Assembly (NCBI GenBank): GCA_965216565.1
Contig: OZ244170.1
Location: 1,408,001-1,472,000 of the forward strand
Source: Bythopirellula sp.
GTDB lineage: Bacteria > Planctomycetota > Planctomycetia > Pirellulales > Lacipirellulaceae
DNA length: 64,000 nucleotides
Direction of reading: 5' to 3'
Within the stretch, counting starts at the first letter, position 1. Each line of letters starts with the position of its first letter. A model generated the notes under the pieces. It was not told the DNA's origin, did not search any database, and worked only from the letters and a program-made list of their open reading frames with translations. Shown here one piece after another: positions 19,230 through 29,395 of this stretch. The translations under genes and the position numbers were made by a program.

Positions 19230-20606
19230 ATGCGACGATTATTCTCAGGTTTCTTTCTCTCTATATTTGTGCTCGCTGTGGCTTCGACGGCTAGCGCCGA
19301 GTTCTATACCATCCGAGTGCTCAACCGATCCGGACGACCCTATTCATCGAATAGACTGGAGTTCACTCCCGACGGAGAAAAATTGCTGCTCTCCTCCGGA
19401 AAAGGGACCATGCTACTTGCCGTCGATGGATGCCAAGTTCTTCATGAAAAAAAGATTGCTCCCTTCACCATCGCCTTCTCGCGGGATAGTAGCCAAGTCC
19501 TTATGGCTTCTACTCGTTACACGCAAGCAATGAACCTCGCGACGGGAGCCATTGCCAATATCCGCTGGCAGCTTCCGCCAGGTAAGCTCGGCATTGTGCT
19601 GGAAGAGCAAGCCGGCAAACTGCTCATCAAGTCAATAACTCCAGGTAGTCCTGCTGAAGGGGCTGGAATTACGCTGGGGAGTGAGCTTCTGGTCGTGCAT
19701 GAATTTGGCTCTCGACAATCGGTGCTAGGGCGTGGTGTTGAGAAAACAATAAAATTACTCCAAGGGCCAGCAGGCACAAGTATTGGCCTAACGGTGATAC
19801 CGCGTGGCAAACGCCGCGAAAAACGCTTTAACCTGGTCCGTCGTCGAGGTGAGACTAACGGTTCCACTGTCCGGTTTTTTCCCGAGCGACCGCATCGAGC
19901 TGGGGCTCCTTCGACAATCTTCAGTAAGAACAACTACCTTGTTTTTCTCGACGCGGCGAACGGCGAATTGAATTCAATCATCGCTACCGAAGAAATCAAA
20001 GCCGATGGACTCAAGGCAATCTCTCCAGACGGCAAATACTTTGGCGCAGTTGGCCGTAGACGTGAGAAAGGAGAAACACAATTCTTAGTCGAAGTGTTCG
20101 ACCTAGCTACACGCAAACGACTCTTCGCCACGCCCTACGACGACAGCTATCGCGAAGTCATGTTCTCCAGCGACAGCAAAGACTTCTTGATTGGTAGTCA
20201 CGATTCAGTCTACGTGCTTGATCTGGCTGAGACTGAGTTTTCCAAACAGCTGAATCTCGGCTGGAAACCTACTTTACGTACTGATGTTGACGATGGCAGT
20301 GACACCACCGAGCAAGGCCCAACTGGTTGGTGGCTCAAACAAACTAGCGGTCGGTCTCCTAATCCACTTCTAACGTCCTTTGATCTCGGCGCAGAAGGTG
20401 TACTGGCAGTGGGTGCGCCAACTGGCGAAGTCACACTTTGGTCTGCGGCAACTGGCGAAAAGATCCGGCAAGTTGCACCGCCCGTAGGTCACAAAGCTGA
20501 AAAGGTTCGCATTAGCCCTGACGGCAAGTGGATTGCTTATTACGTCAACGGTGTGCTGACGCTCGAAACGATTGAGCCTGATTCTGAGGATTCCGAAAAT
20601 CAATAG
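19230..20606 (+). CDS. Secreted beta-propeller (WD40-like) protein with PDZ domain
   Basis: Signal peptide MRRLFSGFFLSIFVLAVASTASA; FTPDG/ISPDG repeats; PDZ-like GKLGIVL...PGSPAEGAGI...GPAGT. Confidence 0.75.
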   Translation: MRRLFSGFFLSIFVLAVASTASAEFYTIRVLNRSGRPYSSNRLEFTPDGEKLLLSSGKGTMLLAVDGCQVLHEKKIAPFTIAFSRDSSQVLMASTRYTQAMNLATGAIANIRWQLPPGKLGIVLEEQAGKLLIKSITPGSPAEGAGITLGSELLVVHEFGSRQSVLGRGVEKTIKLLQGPAGTSIGLTVIPRGKRREKRFNLVRRRGETNGSTVRFFPERPHRAGAPSTIFSKNNYLVFLDAANGELNSIIATEEIKADGLKAISPDGKYFGAVGRRREKGETQFLVEVFDLATRKRLFATPYDDSYREVMFSSDSKDFLIGSHDSVYVLDLAETEFSKQLNLGWKPTLRTDVDDGSDTTEQGPTGWWLKQTSGRSPNPLLTSFDLGAEGVLAVGAPTGEVTLWSAATGEKIRQVAPPVGHKAEKVRISPDGKWIAYYVNGVLTLETIEPDSEDSENQ

Positions 20607-20665
20607 GTGAAACGGAAAACAGATAAGTAATCAGTCAACTTTTACTTGCATGAAAAATATATAGC

Positions 20666-20881
20666 ATGATCCTCCTCGTAATAATCGGCCTTGTATTGAT
20701 CGGTCGGGGGATCCAGTGCTGGGTTGAGGATAGCCCTCCTAGCCAAGTGCGGTCGCGCATTTTCTACTTCTACAAGTTTGCTGTCCTACTCGCCTTGATT
20801 TATTGGATGGAAGCGATCGCGTATGCACTGACGTCAGTGACAAGAAGTCTGTATTCCGAACTGGGATTTTCGGGATACTAA
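20666..20881 (+). CDS. Small membrane hypothetical protein
   Basis: Two hydrophobic segments; ORF evidence only. Confidence 0.35.
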   Translation: MILLVIIGLVLIGRGIQCWVEDSPPSQVRSRIFYFYKFAVLLALIYWMEAIAYALTSVTRSLYSELGFSGY

Positions 20882-20956
20882 CGGTGCTTATATCCGGGAG
20901 AAGATGAAGATAGAGCGTGGTTGCATAGTAGTGGCCGGCCGTGGTACGGCTAGAGG

Positions 20957-21253
20957 ATGATCGACGCCTATCTTGCTATCGTCTCAGCCAACGGGCTTGA
21001 GCTACTCACACCAGAAACTGAGCACGCGCGGCAATTTTTGTTTCGCCGCTGTTTCGGCGTACGACGTGGTCGCGAAGCGTGTTTTTGGGCCTATCTTCCA
21101 TCTGGAAATATTGAGCTAATTCAATGGCTTATTGTTTGCGGGCAGTCACGCCCAGCGCTGTGGCTGCTCAACGAATCGGCGATTGATTCGGGGCTTGTTG
21201 CCCCAATCGATGACGAAGAATCCTTGCCAGAATACCATTTAGTCTCTCAATAA
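20957..21253 (+). CDS. Hypothetical protein
   Basis: 98-aa ORF with AGAGG directly before the ATG. Confidence 0.55.
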   Translation: MIDAYLAIVSANGLELLTPETEHARQFLFRRCFGVRRGREACFWAYLPSGNIELIQWLIVCGQSRPALWLLNESAIDSGLVAPIDDEESLPEYHLVSQ

Positions 21254-21610
21254 CCGCACGCCTGCGTGACATTCCTACATAAGAGTGGTAAGGTTCTCGC
21301 CTGTTGGTTCAGAAGCAACGCTCCTGAGCTATTGCTCTTTCCTATCTCGGTATCTAGTAGAAGCGATTCCAGTCGTCTTTCTAGGGCAGTTTAAGTATCC
21401 AACCAAAACTGTGCCAGGAGGAGGCGACGGCGTATTTGATTCAGGTTTTCAAAGGCAGCTTCAATCGCCTGTGAATCACTGCGTTGGTTGCTCTCTCTCT
21501 CTTTATTTATCGCGCACTCATTGTATGTATGGCACGGGGCCGAGTCGAAGGCTGCAACCAGCTTTTGGCTCGACCTCATGCAGTGCTGATTTTCTTTAAC
21601 CCCGAGGAGT

Positions 21611-22642
21611 GTGATGATGACGACTTTAACACGTGCTTCCCAACAACTATTCAAGCGGTCCCCCGACGAGCGATTTGGCTCACTGGACGAGTTGCATGGA
21701 CACTGCTTGCGGGAAAAGCAATTCTCGACCGAGCATTGGCAAGCCCCGCAGTTGCTCCAGCCTCAGGCGGCTGGGGGCGAGGTAACCATCGCTCTCGAAG
21801 GCGAAGACACCCATCGCCTGAGCGATTGGTCGTTCTCGCAGCTTTGCCGCTTGTCGAGTGTTAACAAAGACACTGTCAACCGGCTTACTTCGGAGACGGC
21901 CAGTCAAGCTTTGCGAGAAACGCTACCGTCCAGCGAAAAACCGTTGCAACTGTTAGTGACTGGCAAATCGATTCGTTCGCTCCACGGAGTGAGCTACACC
22001 CGACTTTGGAACGCTGACCTGTTGTCGGTCGTTCGTGAGTTTGCATCCGACTTCCAACCGCCACAGGTGGGAATGAATGGTGCTACCGGGCTGTACTGCG
22101 GGGAGCAAGACCTGTTTGCCTTTCTCATCGACCCGACTGGGTGGACAGAGATCGAGGGCGAAGCGTTTGCTCCCGGATTCTTTGTTTGGAACTCGGAAGT
22201 CGGCAGACGCAGCTTAGGTATCCAGACGTTTTGGTTCCAGGCAGTTTGCCAAAACCACATCGTTTGGGATGCAACGGAAGTCATTGACTTTAGCCGCAAA
22301 CATACCGCCAGTGTTCGAGATGGTTTGGGAGAAATCCGCAGACTGATCGAGCGGCTTGTGGAACGTCGTGATGAGCGACGCGATGGATTTGTTCGTGTAA
22401 TGACGCGTGCGATGCGTGAGCAGTTTGGATCTGATGCAGACGAGGTCATTAAACGACTCGCCAGCAAAGGAATTCCACGCGGCTTAGCAGCGAAAGCGGC
22501 TGAACTGGCCCAAACGGCGGGCCGCTTCACGATATTTTCGCTCGTCGATGCTCTTACCAAGCTCGCTCAGGAAGTTCGCTATGCGGGCGACCGAGCAGAG
22601 ATCGACATTAAAGCCGCTTCACTGCTGGCGCTTGCCGCTTGA
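21611..22642 (+). CDS. DUF932-like protein (mobile-element backbone)
   Basis: GAGGAG RBS; GFFVWNSEVGRRSLGIQTFWFQAVCQNHIVW...RKHT motif. Confidence 0.8.
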   Translation: MMMTTLTRASQQLFKRSPDERFGSLDELHGHCLREKQFSTEHWQAPQLLQPQAAGGEVTIALEGEDTHRLSDWSFSQLCRLSSVNKDTVNRLTSETASQALRETLPSSEKPLQLLVTGKSIRSLHGVSYTRLWNADLLSVVREFASDFQPPQVGMNGATGLYCGEQDLFAFLIDPTGWTEIEGEAFAPGFFVWNSEVGRRSLGIQTFWFQAVCQNHIVWDATEVIDFSRKHTASVRDGLGEIRRLIERLVERRDERRDGFVRVMTRAMREQFGSDADEVIKRLASKGIPRGLAAKAAELAQTAGRFTIFSLVDALTKLAQEVRYAGDRAEIDIKAASLLALAA

Positions 22643-22715
22643 GGCACCGATGTAACTGTTGTTGTCTGGTGATCTGTTTCACCAGCAGTACCCTTTGTCC
22701 TGTTTTTGAGGAGAA

Positions 22716-22988
22716 ATGAAGATGAGTAAGCAAGCGGAGAAAAAAGGTCCGGTCCATGAAGTGCGTATCGGACGAGTGCGTGCAGCAATCTGGGAAAATG
22801 AAACCCAGAATGGTAAACGGCACAACGTTACCATTAGCCGGCTCTACAAGGATGGCGAAGAGTGGAAGGACTCGGCCAGTTTTGGACGCGACGACCTGCC
22901 GCTGATAGCCAAGGTGGTCGATCTGGCACACAGCTGGATATTTGGTATCTCGCCAGAACAAGTGGCCAGTGCGGCTACTGAGTTCTAA
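22716..22988 (+). CDS. Small conserved MGE protein (paralogue of 40306 and 61242)
   Basis: PVHEVRIGRVRAAIWEN...VTISRLYKDGEEWKDSASFGRDDLP; GAGGAG RBS. Confidence 0.8.
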   Translation: MKMSKQAEKKGPVHEVRIGRVRAAIWENETQNGKRHNVTISRLYKDGEEWKDSASFGRDDLPLIAKVVDLAHSWIFGISPEQVASAATEF

Positions 22989-23207
22989 TGTTTGTTCGAT
23001 TCGCAGACTTGTCCCGCTGGGATGAGGGAGAGGTTTTGCTAAAGGTTCAACCTTGCGCCGTCGCGGGCCTCTCTCTATAAAAATGACCTGAGAGCCACAA
23101 ATCCGTTATTCAAAATTCTAATTGTAGCTACCTGCCTCTCGTGCTAGGTAATCAGCTGATATTGAACGCAGAAAAACGCACCATCAAAATAGGCATTCCA
23201 TTATGAA

Positions 23208-24188
23208 TCAAATGACAATTCTTTCAATTTCATCCAAGCTCACTGCGTCGCTCGTGCGATCGTACAACTTGGTGGTGCGAACCGACTCGTGGGCAGCGAT
23301 GCGTTGGGCGTGTTCTAGTGACCCACCATTCTCTAAATAGGCGGTAATTCCTGTCGCCCGAAAAGTATGGCAGCAAACGGCGGTCGCTAATCCAGCCTGA
23401 CGAGCGCGACGCTTAATCATGCGGAGCACGTCCACACGGTGCATCCGAATGAACGTTAGCTCTCGACGACGCGATACCGTCCTGAATAGCGGCCCTTTGC
23501 ACTGCTCACGTATGCCGGCAGCAGACAAATAGTCGTCGAGATACTCTTCGGCATTATGATGGGCCGGTACGTCGTGGCGCTTGCCTCCCTTTTCATGGAG
23601 TCGCAGCCACATTCGCCGCCCCTGGGGGTAAAAGTCTTGGACATTCATGCCAATTGTTGCCGAAACGCGGGCGAAACTATACACCATCGTGCCAATGAGT
23701 GCTCTGTCGCGTAAGCCGATGATTGAGCTGACATCTATGGAATCGAGCAACTGCCGAGCCTCGTCGGCACACAGCACGGGCGTACTCCCTTTCTTCACGA
23801 CATGACGTGGACCACGCACCGAAGCGGCCGGGTTCACCGGTAGGACTTGGCCTACCACCAAATAGTCAAACAGCATCCGCACCGCGGCCAGACGAAGCTT
23901 TACAGTTGGTGGGCTGTAGATTTGCATCAGCTGCTCGATGTAAGCAGCGACTATAACTGGCGTTATCTGCAGTAATGAGGCGCCGTACCGATCGCACCAG
24001 TCAAAAAAGTCCGCAACAGCTCGTGCATACGCCAACCGCGTGCCCCGGTTACGTATCTGTGCAGTAAAGAACTCAAGAAACCGCCGCTCGGCACGTCCTC
24101 CCTCGCGCACAATCACTAATGGCAACTCGACACTCCTCGCCAACGCAGCCGGCTCATCAATTATCGGTGGAATTTGTTTGGAATCCAT
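23208..24188 (-). CDS. Tyrosine recombinase/integrase
   Basis: RDRALIG..FARVS, EKGGK, HTFRATGIT, AHESVRTTKLY catalytic residues. Likely start MDSKQ. Confidence 0.93.
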   Translation of the reverse strand: MDSKQIPPIIDEPAALARSVELPLVIVREGGRAERRFLEFFTAQIRNRGTRLAYARAVADFFDWCDRYGASLLQITPVIVAAYIEQLMQIYSPPTVKLRLAAVRMLFDYLVVGQVLPVNPAASVRGPRHVVKKGSTPVLCADEARQLLDSIDVSSIIGLRDRALIGTMVYSFARVSATIGMNVQDFYPQGRRMWLRLHEKGGKRHDVPAHHNAEEYLDDYLSAAGIREQCKGPLFRTVSRRRELTFIRMHRVDVLRMIKRRARQAGLATAVCCHTFRATGITAYLENGGSLEHAQRIAAHESVRTTKLYDRTSDAVSLDEIERIVI

Positions 24189-24634
24189 CGACCAACCATG
24201 CCACAAATAAAGCGTTTCAAAAAGGACGTTTTGCAACGTCTACTGACAGTCGATACTTTCCTTGGATTCGCGAATCGATGAACTTTCCCCTGCGCAAATG
24301 ATCCGCAGTTGCCAACTGCGCCAATTAGCTAGCGCCTATGGCGAGCTATGGTTTTGTCAAGCAGTATCTTGCCTTTGTGGTGAATTCGTGACATGGTGAT
24401 TCGAACAGATCCTTGCCACCACAAACTGGGGTGGTGTTCCTGTCGCTTAGCAGTGCATCCCATGGCAATGCTACTGTAGGGAGAATCATCAGCGGGCGTT
24501 CTTTCACTTCTTCAAGCTGAGCAGTTCATTCCGCAAATCGATTTTCTGGAGGCAATCGTCTCCAGGAATGTCCGGTTTGCGCGTAACACCGGTTCTGTGT
24601 TCGGTTTTTCTCAGCAGTGAAAGGATGTCGACCG

Positions 24635-25378
24635 ATGAACCCTCAAGTCATCCACGGCTCGTGTTATGAGGTTCTCCCCACTTTACCCCATGGCTGTGCG
24701 AAAGCTGTTTTTATCGACCCTCCGTATAATCTCGCATTTGACTATGGCAGCGGCAAGCAGGCCGATTCACTGCCTGAAAAGGAGTATCTCCGCTCTATGA
24801 AAGAACTTATTGTCCAATCGGTTCGCTGCTTGAACGATACGGGTAGCATCTGGGTGTTGTGTCCGGAACGTTGGGCCGATCCTTTCGGAATCATCCTCTC
24901 TGAATTACTTCCCAGACGGAATCGCATCATTTGGCGAGAGACTTTTGGGCAGTATCATGAGCATCGTTTTCCGAGTGGCCATCGGCATCTGTTCTGGCAT
25001 GTGAAAGACCCCAAGCGTTCGCTGTTTTACACCGATGAAATTCGAATTGCCTCGCAACGCATGCTCAGCGGTGACAAGCGGGCAGCTGGTCCCCGAGTCC
25101 CCGATGATGTTTGGGAGTTACCCCGGCTGGTTGGAAATGCCAACGAACGACTCGGAATCCATCCCTGCCAACTTCCGGAGGAGCTATTGCGAAGGATCGT
25201 GCTTTGCTCCACAGAAAAGAACGACTTAATCCTGGACCCAATGAGTGGGACAGGGACGACGGCTAGAGTCGCTCAAAAGGAAGGGCGCCGATACATCGCA
25301 ATCGAAGAGCAAGAGAGTTTTGTTTTGGCCATTCGAGAGCGGCTCTCTCGCCCCCATCAAACCAAGCTCTTTGGTTGA
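24635..25378 (+). CDS. Orphan beta-class N4/N6 DNA methyltransferase
   Basis: DPPY before HPCQLP and DPMSGTGTT. Confidence 0.9.
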   Translation: MNPQVIHGSCYEVLPTLPHGCAKAVFIDPPYNLAFDYGSGKQADSLPEKEYLRSMKELIVQSVRCLNDTGSIWVLCPERWADPFGIILSELLPRRNRIIWRETFGQYHEHRFPSGHRHLFWHVKDPKRSLFYTDEIRIASQRMLSGDKRAAGPRVPDDVWELPRLVGNANERLGIHPCQLPEELLRRIVLCSTEKNDLILDPMSGTGTTARVAQKEGRRYIAIEEQESFVLAIRERLSRPHQTKLFG

Positions 25379-26267
25379 GTCAGGTTACCCACAGCTGGGA
25401 TAGGAATGCCCGGCTGTACCTACGCGCGCCGGGCTTTTCTTCTCTCCTGAAGTCGCGTTGAATTGGGCATCATCCTGCAGGCAAGTGATTTTTGAAGAAG
25501 TTTTTCGCCACCAGAGTAGATTTCACCAGAACAGCAAATGGATAGTGGTTGTCATCAAAGCGAACTGCATACATCTGCTTGACCACCTCGCACGGGGTGG
25601 TGAAGGAGAGGTGCGAAACATTTTTCTGAGTGCAGGAGGGATGCGATCAGTACCACTGAGGTCGACTTCACAAGGCTTGTGTGAAAGATAAACGAGGTCC
25701 GTTCGACGACGTAATCAGATCAGGTAGTAGACTCAGGAAAGTCACGCCGACTCACTTTGATGTCACGTTTTGAGTATCTCTCGGATGTACGACGATTCCA
25801 CATGATGAGGGGATCGATGCGCGCAAAGCTCAGCTCACTTGGGTTTCGCCTCTCGACCTTTCGTCGAACCTCCAAAGAAATTGAGCTGCTGCTATTCCAA
25901 ATGTATCGCTGTAGGATTCGGGCTACAGAGCATTCGCAATCAACTCTACAGCAGACTGAGAAAGTTGGCCTAAGCTGAAATGGTGGAAGCTAAAAAGCAC
26001 GACTCACACCTTCGCAACTCTTAGAAGACTTATCGATGCGTTTCTCAGCCAGAGATATTAGCGGATTTGCGGCATTTCTAGCCTCAATATTGACAGGGTT
26101 TGCGACGATATCTTGATTCTGTCGCCCTAATTGGTGTGGACATTTGGCTTAATGCTGAGACAAGATAGTTGAAGCTATCTGCCACATACTTTCTGCCGCA
26201 AGACTCGACGGAACGAGGCGGTACGTCAGTGGTTTTTCTTCCCTGTAACTAAAGCCAGTGTTGATCT

Positions 26268-28028
26268 GTGACGCCATCTGAACAATTTCTTCGCGGATCA
26301 GTAGTACGCAGGTTTTTACTTGCTGAGTTTGTTGTCGGCACTCTTCTGCTGGGGTTAGTGCTGGCAATCTACCGACAGGACGTAGTCAATCAACGCGTTA
26401 TACTCTCTCAAGAAGCTGAGCATGTCTTGGACTTGCAACACGAGCTCCTCTTGTCAGAGCTGCGCGGCGTTCAATCAGATCTTCTCTATCTGGCAAATCA
26501 AGAGCTTTTGCAGCAGTTCTTGTCGGACCAAGGCTCAAAACGCCCAAACTTGGAGCAAGAGTACATCAATTTCGCGCAACGGCAGAATCTCTACGATCAA
26601 ATCCGGTTCCTTGATACTTCAGGCCAGGAACTCGTACGGATCAACTACGACTCAAGTGAAGCTGCGACAGTACCGCATGATGAACTCCAATCGAAGGAGT
26701 CTCGATACTACTTTCAGCAGTCGCTATCGCTAAAGAAGAACGAAATTTTCGTGTCTCCATTCGACTTGAACGTTGAGCATGGCGAAATCGAGCAACCGAT
26801 TCAGCCGGTCATACGATTCGTAACGCCAGTGTATGGAACAACAGGAACGAAGCAGGGGCTGTTGGTGCTTAACTATCTCGGCACTCCAATGCTCAAGAAA
26901 CTTCGTGAAGTAGCGTCGAGCTTCCGCGGAGAAACGATGCTCTTAAACCCCGCAGGACAGTATCTGCAGTCACCAGATCCGACACATGAATGGGGTTGGT
27001 TACTTGGGCATTCCTACAGCTTTCGCCAAGAGTTTTCGAAAGCTTGGCTCAATGGGAAGGACCATAGCTCGACACAAATTCGAGTCGAAGACGATTTATT
27101 CACATTTCGAATGCTCTCCCCAGGCATTCGCTTGGAGGACAGCTCACAAGTGTCAACCGTTAAGGGGAATGTTCAAGACCCAAGTGGGCTAGTGCTGGTC
27201 TCCCGTGTCTCATCTTCGATAGCCAACGCACACTCCAACGAGCTGCTTCATCGGCTAATTCTGATGCTTGCGGTCGTGATGGGGGTCATGTCGCTGTTGA
27301 CATATTATTGGGCTCATTCTGCAGAGATTCGGCATCACCACGAGAGTCTGATCGCCGAGTCTGAAGCTCGCCTTCGGCAGCTTTCGACATCCTTACTTGA
27401 GACCCAAGAAGCGGAACGACGTACGCTCTCTCGCACACTTCACGACGAGCTTGGTCAACTTGTCACTGCAATGCGACTGGACTTGGGTATGCTCAAGAGG
27501 AAACAGGTGAATTCAGAGTCTCGCGAGCTACTACAACGAATCATAGGCCAGGCGGATTCATTGCTTAGAAGTTTGCACGAAATCGCTTCAAACGCTCGCC
27601 CCAGTGTGCTTGATGACTTAGGCTTGCATGATGCTATTGAAAGCTTCATTTCCGAATACCAAGAGCGAAGGAGCGTTACAGTTAATTCGCAGCTCGTATT
27701 TAACCAAGACGAAATTCCGACTAAAATTGGAGAAAATGCCTATCGAATTGTTGTCGAGGCACTATCGAATGTGGCGAGACACGCCGAGGTGGATTCAGTT
27801 CAGCTAACGATTAAGCAACTTGGGAACGAGTTACGTGTTTCGGTACGAGACGGTGGAGTTGGGTTCGATGCGGAGAGTTTGGGAACGTCGACGAGACTTG
27901 GCATTTTGGGCATGAGGGAACGAGCAGAGTTGCTCAACGGCAGTTTTCGCCTGATCAGTAACCCAGGGCAGGGTGCTCACCTAGTAGTTGTTCTTCCTTT
28001 GGCCAGCGATGGCAAGGCAGAAATTTAA
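26268..28028 (+). CDS. Cache-domain sensor histidine kinase (HisKA_3)
   Basis: Two TM segments, YDQIRFLD Cache motif, ERRTLSRTLHDELGQ, EALSNVARHA, DGGVGF. Confidence 0.93.
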   Translation: MTPSEQFLRGSVVRRFLLAEFVVGTLLLGLVLAIYRQDVVNQRVILSQEAEHVLDLQHELLLSELRGVQSDLLYLANQELLQQFLSDQGSKRPNLEQEYINFAQRQNLYDQIRFLDTSGQELVRINYDSSEAATVPHDELQSKESRYYFQQSLSLKKNEIFVSPFDLNVEHGEIEQPIQPVIRFVTPVYGTTGTKQGLLVLNYLGTPMLKKLREVASSFRGETMLLNPAGQYLQSPDPTHEWGWLLGHSYSFRQEFSKAWLNGKDHSSTQIRVEDDLFTFRMLSPGIRLEDSSQVSTVKGNVQDPSGLVLVSRVSSSIANAHSNELLHRLILMLAVVMGVMSLLTYYWAHSAEIRHHHESLIAESEARLRQLSTSLLETQEAERRTLSRTLHDELGQLVTAMRLDLGMLKRKQVNSESRELLQRIIGQADSLLRSLHEIASNARPSVLDDLGLHDAIESFISEYQERRSVTVNSQLVFNQDEIPTKIGENAYRIVVEALSNVARHAEVDSVQLTIKQLGNELRVSVRDGGVGFDAESLGTSTRLGILGMRERAELLNGSFRLISNPGQGAHLVVVLPLASDGKAEI

Positions 28029-28052
28029 TTGAGATATTACTAAGCTAATCGG

Positions 28053-28706
28053 ATGTCACATTTAGATTCACCACTGAACGTAGTCCTTGCTGATGACCAT
28101 GAGATGGTCCGAGAAGCGCTTGCGCGTGTCTTGGAAGCTAGTGGGCAGATCACCATTGTTGCCCAGGCCAGCACCGGTGAAGAAGCGCTTGATTTGGCTC
28201 GTTCAACTCAGCCAGATGTGATCGTTCTCGACTACACCATGCCGAAACACGATACGACGCAAGTGATCGAAGAGCTCTTGCGAGTGGTGCCACATATCAA
28301 GGTCCTAGTGCTGACCGTTCATGAGAACATTCATTATGCAGTACGCGTCTTAGAGTGTGGCGCACATGGCTACTTGATCAAATCGGCAGCTGTGGATGAA
28401 CTGTTGGAAGCAATTAGCTGTGTCCGTCAGGGTCGCATTTACTTATCGCAAAAGATCTCTGACGAAGTGCTGCAGCACTTGCGTCGCCCCAAGCGAGATC
28501 GAGTCGGGCTCGAAGCACTGTCACAGCGCGAGTTCGATTTTCTGCGCCTGCTAGGCTCGGGAGAGAGCCTTCAGGAATGTGCCAAGTTGATGGATGTCTC
28601 GACAAGCACAGCTTCCACCTACCGTAGTCGGATCATGGAAAAGCTCAATCTCACCAGCACAGCGAGCGTCATTCGCTTTGCCATCGAGCACGACCTGGTG
28701 AAATAG
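28053..28706 (+). CDS. NarL/LuxR family response regulator
   Basis: LADDH, VLDYTMP, GYLIK receiver domain plus LSQRE...TYRSRIMEKL HTH. Confidence 0.95.
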   Translation: MSHLDSPLNVVLADDHEMVREALARVLEASGQITIVAQASTGEEALDLARSTQPDVIVLDYTMPKHDTTQVIEELLRVVPHIKVLVLTVHENIHYAVRVLECGAHGYLIKSAAVDELLEAISCVRQGRIYLSQKISDEVLQHLRRPKRDRVGLEALSQREFDFLRLLGSGESLQECAKLMDVSTSTASTYRSRIMEKLNLTSTASVIRFAIEHDLVK

Positions 28707-28870
28707 CCGAAGGCCGCTGGGCTCACAAATAGCTTTTGTAGGAAATCAGCTACAAAGATGCGGCAGTCTGGCTGACAGACAGGGGCTCTGCACAAAGTAT
28801 ATTGGATTTAAGGATCCTAATTCTTATCCGCGGATCCACTTGCTCTGCTTTTCACCCCGCGAGCCTCCCG

Positions 28871-29395
28871 ATGCCTATCCAATCGCGTCCCAACGGTCGT
28901 TCGCCATTGTTCCTAAGATTGGCCTTAGGTTATGTCTACCTCCATTTCGGTCTGCTGAAGTTCTTTCCTGATTTAAGCCCGGCCGAGTTGATTGCCACGC
29001 AAACGGTCATGGCGTTCTCGATGAATTTGCTCGACGCCACGACCGCCCAGTTCTACTTGGCCATTCTTGAGACCGTGATTGGTTTGGGGCTTGTGTTCAA
29101 CGTTTTCCCACGCTTCATTTTTGGGCTGTTCGCCTTCCATATGTTTGGGACGTTTCTCCCGGTGTTCTTGCTGCCTGAGTTTGCGTTCAAGATTGCCCCG
29201 TTTGCACCGAACCTGGAAGGCCAGTACATCTTCAAAAACGTTGTTTACGTTGCTGCCGGTTGGACTGTCTTGATGCCCGAAATATTCGCGCGTAAACCGA
29301 CAGACAATACGGCAAGTCAGCAGCCCACCAACAATTCCAATGTCAATGCTTCAACAACCCGTGATCGAGTGGCATATGAGCAAGTTCTTACCTAA
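28871..29395 (+). CDS. DoxX family membrane protein
   Basis: LRLALGYVYLHFGLLKFFP, LEGQYIFKN; start uncertain. Confidence 0.75.
   Translation: MPIQSRPNGRSPLFLRLALGYVYLHFGLLKFFPDLSPAELIATQTVMAFSMNLLDATTAQFYLAILETVIGLGLVFNVFPRFIFGLFAFHMFGTFLPVFLLPEFAFKIAPFAPNLEGQYIFKNVVYVAAGWTVLMPEIFARKPTDNTASQQPTNNSNVNASTTRDRVAYEQVLT

Noticed and set aside
25380..26260. Small ORFs and hairpins between the MTase and the histidine kinase
   Set aside because: No recognisable product; the hairpins are short and unremarkable.
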